64,000 nucleotides of DNA, from positions 62,001-126,000 of IMG/VR virus record IMGVR_UViG_3300042350_002797; one strand, given 5' to 3'. Below the pieces are notes generated by a model. That model ran no database searches. It saw only the letters and a list, made by a program, of their open reading frames with translations, and had not been told where the DNA came from. The position numbers were made by a program, and so were the translations under genes. This document shows positions 29,300 to 36,302 of this stretch, piece after piece; positions within the stretch are counted from its first letter, which is position 1, and every line of letters begins with the position of its first letter.

Positions 29300-30127
29300 A
29301 TGACCAATCCGCTACAAAAATATTTTAGACAACCTAAAGTTTACATAACTTTGCCCAGCAAAGGCATGTATTATCCCGAAGGCGCACTAACTGGCGATCC
29401 TAATAATTTTCCAATTTTAGCTATGACTGGTATGGATGAAATTATTATGAAAACTCCAGATGCACTTTTAAACGGCGAAGCCACAGTTAAAGTAATCGAA
29501 AGTTGTTGTCCTTATATTAAGGATGCATGGAGCATTCCTAATATAGATATAGATGCTATATTAGTAGGAATTCGTATTGCTACATATGGGGATATACTAA
29601 CTTTAGACAATATTTGTCCGTCTTGTAGCACAGAAAATTCCTATGAAGTAGATTTAAAAACTATTACAGACCATTTAAGTCAGTGTCAATTTAGTCATAG
29701 CATGGCTATTGATCCTATTTCAATTAATTTTAGACCGCTAACTTATCGAGAATTCACTGAAGAAAATTTAAAAAGTTTTTATCTTAGACGGCAAGTATTT
29801 CAATCATCAGAAATAGACGATCAAGAAGCTCAACAAAAAGTTCTAGAAGATGCTTATGCAAAGTTAGCTGAAATGAAAGCTGATCTAGTAATTAAAAGAA
29901 TAGACAGCGTTCAAACTATTGAAAATACAGTAGAGGATGCTAATTTTATTTCAGAATGGATTCAAAATTCTGATAGAGAAATTTTTGATTTAATCACTAA
30001 ATTTTTAGATAACAGTCAAGAGACTTGGAATATTCCAAAATTTCAAGCAAAATGTACTAACTGCGATCACGTGGATCAAATATCAATTAACTTGGATCAA
30101 TCAAGTTTTTTCGTAGCAGCCTCGTAA
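29300..30127 (+). CDS. gp26: Baseplate hub/tail assembly chaperone (T4 gp26-like)
   Basis: NPL..YFRQPK.Y..LPS.G.YY, D.D.IL..IR.A.YG, CPxC...N and C-terminal CxNC motifs. Confidence 0.85.
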   Translation: MTNPLQKYFRQPKVYITLPSKGMYYPEGALTGDPNNFPILAMTGMDEIIMKTPDALLNGEATVKVIESCCPYIKDAWSIPNIDIDAILVGIRIATYGDILTLDNICPSCSTENSYEVDLKTITDHLSQCQFSHSMAIDPISINFRPLTYREFTEENLKSFYLRRQVFQSSEIDDQEAQQKVLEDAYAKLAEMKADLVIKRIDSVQTIENTVEDANFISEWIQNSDREIFDLITKFLDNSQETWNIPKFQAKCTNCDHVDQISINLDQSSFFVAAS

Positions 30128-30345
30128 CACTGTCTAATTCTGACATCGAAACAAGAATTCAATCGCTTGAATTATATGCCAAGCAGATTAAAGAAGATAT
30201 ATTTAGAATTAGTTGGTATATGCGAGGCGGTGTAAGCAGCTATGATCTATTTCAAGTGTATAGTTCTGAAGATAGAACTATTATGAATAAAATAATCGAA
30301 GAAAATATTGAAACTACAAAGAAAGCACAGATGCCGTTGCTTTAA
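30106..30345 (+). CDS. gp51-like frame without a start codon, probably reached by a -1 frameshift from gp26 at T-TTT-TTC
   Basis: Frame open 30091-30345 (…RSSLVTLSNSDIETRIQSLELYAKQIKEDIFRISWYMRGGVSSYDLFQVYSSEDRTIMNKIIEENIETTKKAQMPLL); first ATG only at 30220; slippery heptamer at 30106-30112. Confidence 0.7.
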   Translation, partial: FFRSSLVTLSNSDIETRIQSLELYAKQIKEDIFRISWYMRGGVSSYDLFQVYSSEDRTIMNKIIEENIETTKKAQMPLL

Positions 30346-31328
30346 AGCCCTTGAGCTTGCAATGCTGCTTTCAATTCAGGATCAGTAGTATACTGACTAT
30401 ATCTTCCTTGCTCTCCGCTAGGAGCAGGTTGATCTGATTTTCGTCTAGGATCTGCAGGGGTTTGTTTTCCAGGAGCAGGTTGGCCTCCTTGGCCTTGATT
30501 AGGTTTAGCATCTGCTGGTTTACCTTTGCCCATAGCTTCATCTATAGTTTTAGAAATGCCGTCTTTTAATTTATTCCAATACTTGGCCGCTACACTTCCA
30601 GGATCATCTAAGCTCATACCTGCTACTTTATAAGCTAGTACATTTCCTATAGTTTCTCTAACATCTGGACGATTCAGATACTGTTGCACTGCAATTAAAA
30701 CAACTTCACTAGCCAGAATTCCTGCTATAGCTGCTCCGCCTGCGAATCCGCCAGTGCCTATAGTGGCTCCTAAACCTAAAGCACGAAACAACCATTTTAA
30801 TCCTACAATGCTTCTTACTATAGAAGTAATTAATCCACTGGCTGTGATCTGTACAGCTAACACACTGATCAGATTGCCCTGAGTATCAAAGTAATCTTGA
30901 TCCTTGGGTAGATTATTTGTTTCATAGTATTCATCTAATCCAGATATATTTGTCCAGTAATCGATGACCATTTCGCTATAACCAAAAATCTTTAATATCT
31001 TAAGAAATCCGCCTATACGTTTTGCTGCACTCTTCTCGCCCAATGCACGCCATGACGGGTCATTGCGATCTTTTAGATATTTTAGTAATTTCCTAACACT
31101 CTTTTTACCAACAATTTTAGTTGTTTGAGCAGTTGCTTGTCCAGGTGTCTTAGGAACTTTTTTGAATATTGCTGGACGCTTAATCATATCGTCCATAGCA
31201 GCTTTTTGCGAATTATAACTGCCTACTCTACGACCATCAGGCATTTGAACACTGAACTTTCCAGTGCTAGAATCTTTAACAACTTTAGGTCTAGTGTCAG
31301 CTTCCGCGATTATTTCAAATATATTCAT
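30342..31328 (-). CDS. Hypothetical protein (328 aa) with hydrophobic helices; candidate internal/ejection protein
   Basis: Own late promoter; N-terminal MNIFEIIAE; central hydrophobic Gly/Ala/Ile segments; low-complexity Pro/Gln tail. Confidence 0.6.
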   Translation of the reverse strand: MNIFEIIAEADTRPKVVKDSSTGKFSVQMPDGRRVGSYNSQKAAMDDMIKRPAIFKKVPKTPGQATAQTTKIVGKKSVRKLLKYLKDRNDPSWRALGEKSAAKRIGGFLKILKIFGYSEMVIDYWTNISGLDEYYETNNLPKDQDYFDTQGNLISVLAVQITASGLITSIVRSIVGLKWLFRALGLGATIGTGGFAGGAAIAGILASEVVLIAVQQYLNRPDVRETIGNVLAYKVAGMSLDDPGSVAAKYWNKLKDGISKTIDEAMGKGKPADAKPNQGQGGQPAPGKQTPADPRRKSDQPAPSGEQGRYSQYTTDPELKAALQAQGL

Positions 31329-31349
31329 AGCATACTCAGAATGATATTT

Positions 31350-31357
31350 TATTTATT
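31350..31357 (-). promoter_or_regulatory. Late promoter (AATAAATA)
   Basis: 22 nt upstream of ATG 31328, directly after the last hairpin of the structured region. Confidence 0.6.
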
Positions 31358-31795
31358 AAAGATGAACTACGTTCATCTGTTCTTCGCTTACGCTCGAACA
31401 TATTGTTTTTCTTTAAATGCGAAGCACTTAAGATATTATCTAGATTGTTCAGTCATACTTAGCCCGTTGCCGGGCTAAAAAATAACATTATCTGAGTTGC
31501 ACAATATCATTTAGCATTACAGCATTACAGAGGCGGTCGTCCGGTACCTCGAGCTGCGTCTTTATACGACGGCGGCATACAAATATATGCTAACATACTT
31601 GTATACGTGCAGGTTTTCCCTGCTCATTTCGCCTTTTTATCCTTTTCAAACAATCAAATCGCAGGTCTTAGTAGCGATCTTCATCCCGAAGGGTAGTGAT
31701 TGAGCACTCTTAACGGCAAGAGATTTCCATCCCTGTGACCCGAGGTCCAGGTATCCGGGCACACGAAATTAGCCTGTGCCAGCTGTTAACCGTTT
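31358..31795 (-). ncRNA. Candidate large structured non-coding RNA (about 440 nt), family unassigned
   Basis: ORF-free gap in a gene-dense genome with more than 10 stems, GNRA loops (GGAA, GCAA, GUAA), a C(UUCG)G loop and G-U pairs that form only on the minus strand. Confidence 0.75.
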
Positions 31796-32226
31796 AATTG
31801 TTTGCCTTTGATGTGAGAGCCATGGACACGAACACTGATCTGACCATTATAGTAGCTGTCAGATTCTAGTACTCGCCGTGTGAATTGTTCTCTTGCCTCT
31901 ATGTAACTGCACTCTGCTTTGCTTTTGCAGTAGAACAGTATCTCTCTGTGAAATTTGTCTGTGCCTAATTGTGCAACATCTTTGTTAAGTTCGTCGTTGC
32001 TGCCGTAGTATGTTTGCCAGTCCGAGTCTATTTTTGATTTAATACGTTTCTTTTTCTTTGTGCCGTTTTTTAGTTTTACTATTTTATATGTGGTTTTTGA
32101 AAATTTTGCCAGTTTTTTGCCTATATACATTCGTCCGTTAACAGTATTGGTTATACAGTATACAAATCCAATACAATCTTCAGGAAGTTCCGTTATTAGT
32201 TGACTCTGGTGGTACCACGACATCAA
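31786..32226 (-). CDS. Minimal GIY-YIG endonuclease (146 aa)
   Basis: GFVYCITN..NGRMYIGKK, YYGS, YIEAREQ (catalytic Glu) and YYNG (Asn) motifs; no NUMOD or HTH tail. Confidence 0.85.
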   Translation of the reverse strand: MMSWYHQSQLITELPEDCIGFVYCITNTVNGRMYIGKKLAKFSKTTYKIVKLKNGTKKKKRIKSKIDSDWQTYYGSNDELNKDVAQLGTDKFHREILFYCKSKAECSYIEAREQFTRRVLESDSYYNGQISVRVHGSHIKGKQLNG

Positions 32227-32479
32227 CTTGTTTAGCCTTTTTTAATTCTGCCTTGCGTCGATTTGATTCAAAGTATTTTGGCGAACTGTAACTTGGTTTA
32301 GTTGCTCTATATGCCTGTACTTCTGCCCTACGTGTTCTTGCTAAAATTCTAATTTCTGCTAAAATGTGACGAAGCCTTATGCCAGATCGATGTGTACGAC
32401 TATGCATCCAATCTTGATTTTCCTCAAAATATTTGCGGAAAAGTTGCATTAGTGCTTCGTGTGTTTGTTCTTCATCCAT
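32180..32479 (-). CDS. Small helical basic protein (Hc1/histone-H1-like family, tentative)
   Basis: SGIRLRHILAEIRILARTRRAEVQ helix resembles the G.R.R..L.E...L....R.E.Q motif of phage Hc1-like proteins. Confidence 0.5.
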   Translation of the reverse strand: MDEEQTHEALMQLFRKYFEENQDWMHSRTHRSGIRLRHILAEIRILARTRRAEVQAYRATKPSYSSPKYFESNRRKAELKKAKQVDVVVPPESTNNGTS

Positions 32480-34257
32480 TATTCTACGATATCTAAATCT
32501 GTGCTGTAGCTAGTGAATCCATTTTCTTTAATAACTTTCAAAACATTATTCACACGTCCTATTAATTCGTCCTTATGACTGATTAGGTATATATTTTTGT
32601 TACGTTCTCTGGACATTTTCTTTAGAACACTCAATGCGTTTTCTACGCCACTGGCGTCTAAACCGTTATCGATCAATTCGTCTACAAATAACAAATTAAT
32701 ATTTTGATATAAACTTTCCCAGACATCTCTAAAACTCCAGCTTAGTCCAAGAATTAATCGATTTCTTTCTCCTCTACTTAGATTGTCAAAATCTAAATCT
32801 TGACCTAGTTGAGTAATTTCTACATTTAAGTCATTTAAGAAAGTTACTTGATGAGGCAAGCCCATTTTATCAAGATAATATGTTAATCTGTTATTCAAGT
32901 ATGCAAGATTTTGATCAATAATTTTTTTACGTATAAAACTATCTTTGTTAGTTAACAGTTTGAGCAAGAATTCTTGATGATCTTTAAGAGCAGTTAACTC
33001 ATTAATGATGTTCCAATCAATTTCTTGAAGGGCAGTATTCTTTAAATCTTCAATTTGTTCTGTATACGGGTCTATTTCTTGTTGACGTTTACTTAAATTA
33101 TCTTCGTAACTGGCGAGATTATTTTGATGACGTAATGCTTCTTCTACAGTATCGTAGAATGTTACAGGTCTACCGTTAATATCACCTATCTGCTCTAATT
33201 CTTGTATCACTGAAGCGTAATTGTTAGTAACAGTTTCTAGATATGTGTGTGCTTCTTGTAGATTTTTATCAGCAATTGTTTGCATTTCTTGATGTTTATG
33301 ATCTTGTAAGTCCTGCTCACACGCCGGGCATTTAGAATCCTGTAGCTTTTCTAGTTCTTTTGTGTACTTGGTAACAGTTTTATCAGCTTGTATTATAGCA
33401 GTCTCAATGGTAGCCTTTTCTTTATTCAAGCTTTTTATTTTTGCACTTAGATCATCGTAGTTCTTTAACTTAGTATGCTGCTCTAATTCGTGAGTTATAT
33501 CCACAGCTTGTAGTTCTAAGATTTTTTCTGCTAGCTTTAAACAATCTGATTGCTGTTGAGTTAGCCATGCAGACTTTCTGGTTTCTAAACCTGTAATACT
33601 TTGTTCAATTTTTTCGTTAGATTTTTTAGCAGCTTCTATATTTGCAGTTTCTTGTTGTATTTGATCTTTAGTAGCTTTGATTTGTTCTTTTAAAGACTCT
33701 GCCTTTTCACTTAACAGTGTAATCCCTAATAGTTGTTCAATAATTTCTCGTTGATCATTGGCCCGCATACTTAGAAAAGGTTCAGTGTAGGTGTTTAACG
33801 CCACTATGTGCTTGAACATATCGTGACTCATACCTAGAAGATCATCTAAATCTTTTTGTGTCTCACGCATATCTCCTTGACTATCATCTGTTTCTTCAGA
33901 GTCTTGTTCAACATCATTAACATAGAATCTTAATATTGTAGGTTTACGTCCTCTTTCTATTCGATAATCGACACCATCTTTTTCAAAAGATAAAGTAATC
34001 AACATATTCTTGTTGTTAATCTTGTTAATAAGATTGTCTTTTTTAATATTAGTTAAGGCATTGCCAAATAGTGCATAACTTAATGCATTAACGATAGTGG
34101 TTTTTCCTGTACCGTTACGAGATCCGCTATCATCTCCGCCCATGTCCAAGTTTTCACCTAGCACTAACGTTAGGTATTCTTTTTCAAAGTCTACGGCCTG
34201 GGTTTGATTGCCCACGCTCATGAAATTCTTCACAGTTAAATTTTTAATTCGGATCAT
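32479..34257 (-). CDS. gp46: Recombination ATPase (T4 gp46, SbcC/Rad50-like)
   Basis: KNFMSVGN, Walker A NGTGKTT, CPAC zinc hook, LSRGE signature, Walker B LLFVDE, ISH. Confidence 0.96.
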   Translation of the reverse strand: MIRIKNLTVKNFMSVGNQTQAVDFEKEYLTLVLGENLDMGGDDSGSRNGTGKTTIVNALSYALFGNALTNIKKDNLINKINNKNMLITLSFEKDGVDYRIERGRKPTILRFYVNDVEQDSEETDDSQGDMRETQKDLDDLLGMSHDMFKHIVALNTYTEPFLSMRANDQREIIEQLLGITLLSEKAESLKEQIKATKDQIQQETANIEAAKKSNEKIEQSITGLETRKSAWLTQQQSDCLKLAEKILELQAVDITHELEQHTKLKNYDDLSAKIKSLNKEKATIETAIIQADKTVTKYTKELEKLQDSKCPACEQDLQDHKHQEMQTIADKNLQEAHTYLETVTNNYASVIQELEQIGDINGRPVTFYDTVEEALRHQNNLASYEDNLSKRQQEIDPYTEQIEDLKNTALQEIDWNIINELTALKDHQEFLLKLLTNKDSFIRKKIIDQNLAYLNNRLTYYLDKMGLPHQVTFLNDLNVEITQLGQDLDFDNLSRGERNRLILGLSWSFRDVWESLYQNINLLFVDELIDNGLDASGVENALSVLKKMSRERNKNIYLISHKDELIGRVNNVLKVIKENGFTSYSTDLDIVE

Positions 34258-35264
34258 AAGTTATTATAAATTGAAAGCAGTATTTTACTATCATATGTTT
34301 CACTGTCAATATTAATTAATTGACTAGTTACTATTTGATCTACACTTTCAAATGATTGTATATCGATACTATTGCTTATTTCTATTTCTTTCTTTTCAGG
34401 AATCAAAGTCAATTCTCTAATATCGTAATCGCCCATAAACTTTTCTTTAATAAAACTAGCTTCTTCATAACTGATATCTATGTCCAGACTTACTCTAAGA
34501 TGTGCTTTGGGCAGTATGATTTCGTCTGCACGATCTATTAATTCACTTAGTTTAGTTGTTCTAAATGTAGGTTGGTCAGGCCAAGTGTGATATACTGGCT
34601 GATTACCCCATTCTAATATCATCATTCCCCGATCACTATCCCAATTGTCGGCATAGTTATGTGGAAATGCATTGCCAATATAAATCATATTTTTTTGTTG
34701 CTGGCGTTTATGAAAATGACCACTGAATCCTAACTCGTAATTTTGAAAATCTTGTAGTTGAATCTCTCCATGATCAGGCATTTGTATCATGGCATTCATA
34801 AAAAATGTGGGTAATTCGAAGTGACCAAAGATATAACGCCCGCCTTTTTTACTAATACTACGCCACTCGTCGCCAATTAGCCAAGGACATAAAGTCACTT
34901 CATCTATAGTCGTAGGCTGATGTATAACTGTAACACCTGGAATGTATTTTCCAAACTCTACACTATGGATATCCCGTTTATCTTTGTAATACAGATCGTG
35001 ATTACCAGGGAAAAAATAAAATTGATCAAAAGCTTTGCCCAATTTTTCAAGGGCTCTAAGGCTATAATCCATTGTAGTGATATTAAGGCTGTTGCGATTG
35101 TGATGCCAGTCGCCGAGAAAAATTCCAGTATCACACCCTTCCTCCTTTGCTTTAGCAATATACCAGTCTACAAAATCTTCGCAATCTTTATTATGTGTTT
35201 GACTATTGCTTTTTAAGCCAAAGTGTATGTCAGTAAAACATGCAGCTTTTTTAAATAGCCCCAT
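34254..35264 (-). CDS. gp47: Recombination nuclease (T4 gp47, SbcD/Mre11-like)
   Basis: Metallophosphoesterase motifs DIHFG, LGD, GNHD, GHFE and SGHFH. Confidence 0.96.
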   Translation of the reverse strand: MGLFKKAACFTDIHFGLKSNSQTHNKDCEDFVDWYIAKAKEEGCDTGIFLGDWHHNRNSLNITTMDYSLRALEKLGKAFDQFYFFPGNHDLYYKDKRDIHSVEFGKYIPGVTVIHQPTTIDEVTLCPWLIGDEWRSISKKGGRYIFGHFELPTFFMNAMIQMPDHGEIQLQDFQNYELGFSGHFHKRQQQKNMIYIGNAFPHNYADNWDSDRGMMILEWGNQPVYHTWPDQPTFRTTKLSELIDRADEIILPKAHLRVSLDIDISYEEASFIKEKFMGDYDIRELTLIPEKKEIEISNSIDIQSFESVDQIVTSQLINIDSETYDSKILLSIYNNL

Positions 35265-35409
35265 AAAATCCTTGTCCTATAACTTTTTGAACGTCTTGCA
35301 TCATTTCATCGGACATATGACAAGTCCATGCATCGCTTTCATGCACTCTTATGAATAAAAGTTTTAAACACATACCTTCAGGTAAGGTTAAGGTGATATA
35401 TTTTGTCAT
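35251..35409 (-). CDS. Unannotated 52-aa ORF between gp55 and gp47
   Basis: MTKYITLTLPEGMCLKLLFIRVHESDAWTCHMSDEMMQDVQKVIGQGFYGAI; ATGA overlap with the gp55 stop; 3' end overlaps the gp47 start. Confidence 0.6.
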   Translation of the reverse strand: MTKYITLTLPEGMCLKLLFIRVHESDAWTCHMSDEMMQDVQKVIGQGFYGAI

Positions 35410-36227
35410 TCTTCTCCGCCTTCGTGCCTGCGTACTGCGGCTTCATGTTCTCCTTGTCCGGTTCTACTATAACTAGGATTCATTCCGTTCATTTCTAGTA
35501 AGTCATCTCTAATAACTTGATTACGTTTTTCGATGTTAATGATTCTAACAAAACTATTAGTAACAGCAGCAGTAAAATAAGCAAATGGATTATTTGATTT
35601 TGATTCATCGAATTGTAAACCTATCTGAGTTAGTTGTAAAATAGCCTGTCCTCTCATTTCATCATTATAAGTATAGCCTCTTACGTTGCCCCTAGTAGCA
35701 TATCTTTCGCATAATTTAATATACATTCTAGCTAGAGTATTGGTAATTTGTCCATGATCTTTTGAAAACTTTCCTTTTTCTATGCTGCCTTTCCAGTGAC
35801 TTTTTCCTACACATACAAGTATGTCAGAGTCATCGAATTTCCAATGCTGAAAAGGCGGAAAATTAACTTTGTCGCGGCCATCTGCTACTGTTTTTGGATT
35901 CTTTTTTCTAGTAGTGTTTGTAGGAATATGATCAAATGTCATAATTCTAAAAACAAGATCTTGTTTAGGAATTTTTTTATAATCGACTTCACACTCGGCT
36001 TGCTTTATTTTCTCGCCAGCCGCCCGTCGCCGTTCGTATTCCTTAGAACCTAATCTTTTAGCTCGATTTCTCTTAGCTTCTGCTATGGTTCGTATGTTGA
36101 TTTTATCAACATGAGGTAAAATTATGTCATATTGATGATACTCTGGTTTAATGAACGAGCAATATGTATTTTTTGATTTGTGTATTTCGTCCAATAGGTC
36201 TTTGTTATTAAGATAGTTTACTTTCAT
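35406..36227 (-). CDS. gp55: Late-transcription sigma factor (T4 gp55-like)
   Basis: YLNNKDLL, N.RGYTY.DEM...AI......FD..KS.NPFAYFT....NSF.RII..EK motifs. Confidence 0.93.
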   Translation of the reverse strand: MKVNYLNNKDLLDEIHKSKNTYCSFIKPEYHQYDIILPHVDKINIRTIAEAKRNRAKRLGSKEYERRRAAGEKIKQAECEVDYKKIPKQDLVFRIMTFDHIPTNTTRKKNPKTVADGRDKVNFPPFQHWKFDDSDILVCVGKSHWKGSIEKGKFSKDHGQITNTLARMYIKLCERYATRGNVRGYTYNDEMRGQAILQLTQIGLQFDESKSNNPFAYFTAAVTNSFVRIINIEKRNQVIRDDLLEMNGMNPSYSRTGQGEHEAAVRRHEGGEE

Positions 36228-36247
36228 TAGTGATTCCTTGTTGCATA

Positions 36248-36276
36248 ATAATAAACTATGCAGTTAATTTTGTCAA
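36248..36276 (-). promoter_or_regulatory. Sigma70 promoter for the gp55 operon (TTGACA-17 nt-TATTAT)
   Basis: Perfect -35 at 36271-36276, 17-nt spacer, -10 TATTAT at 36248-36253, then AAGGA RBS before ATG 36227. Confidence 0.8.
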
Positions 36277-36284
36277 CTAAATAA
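36277..36284 (+). promoter_or_regulatory. Late promoter variant (CTAAATAA) for the baseplate operon
   Basis: TAAATA core 19 nt upstream of ATG 36303, followed by AGGAG RBS. Confidence 0.55.
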
Positions 36285-36302
36285 TGAATATAGGAGTCCA
36301 AA

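Noticed and set aside
31125-31478. Plus-strand 117-aa ORF overlapping the gap
   Set aside because: Antisense to a real gene, no RBS and non-protein-like composition
31358-31795. tRNA cluster, tmRNA, RNase P RNA or CRISPR array
   Set aside because: No cloverleaf or T-loop/CCA ends, no tmRNA termini, no RNase P P4 signature and no regularly spaced direct repeats
31358-32226. Group I intron carrying a GIY-YIG homing endonuclease
   Set aside because: There is a P7/P8-like arrangement (CUCAGAU...hairpin...AUCUAG), but I cannot find the canonical R (CAGAGACUA/CAACGACUA) or S (AAGAUAUAGUC) elements. No flanking gene is split, and the downstream gene has its own promoter and start. Not fully excluded without a covariance search.
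32479-36227. Inteins in gp46, gp47, gp55 or the portal
   Set aside because: Lengths are ordinary for these families and I saw no C...HN splice or LAGLIDADG motifs
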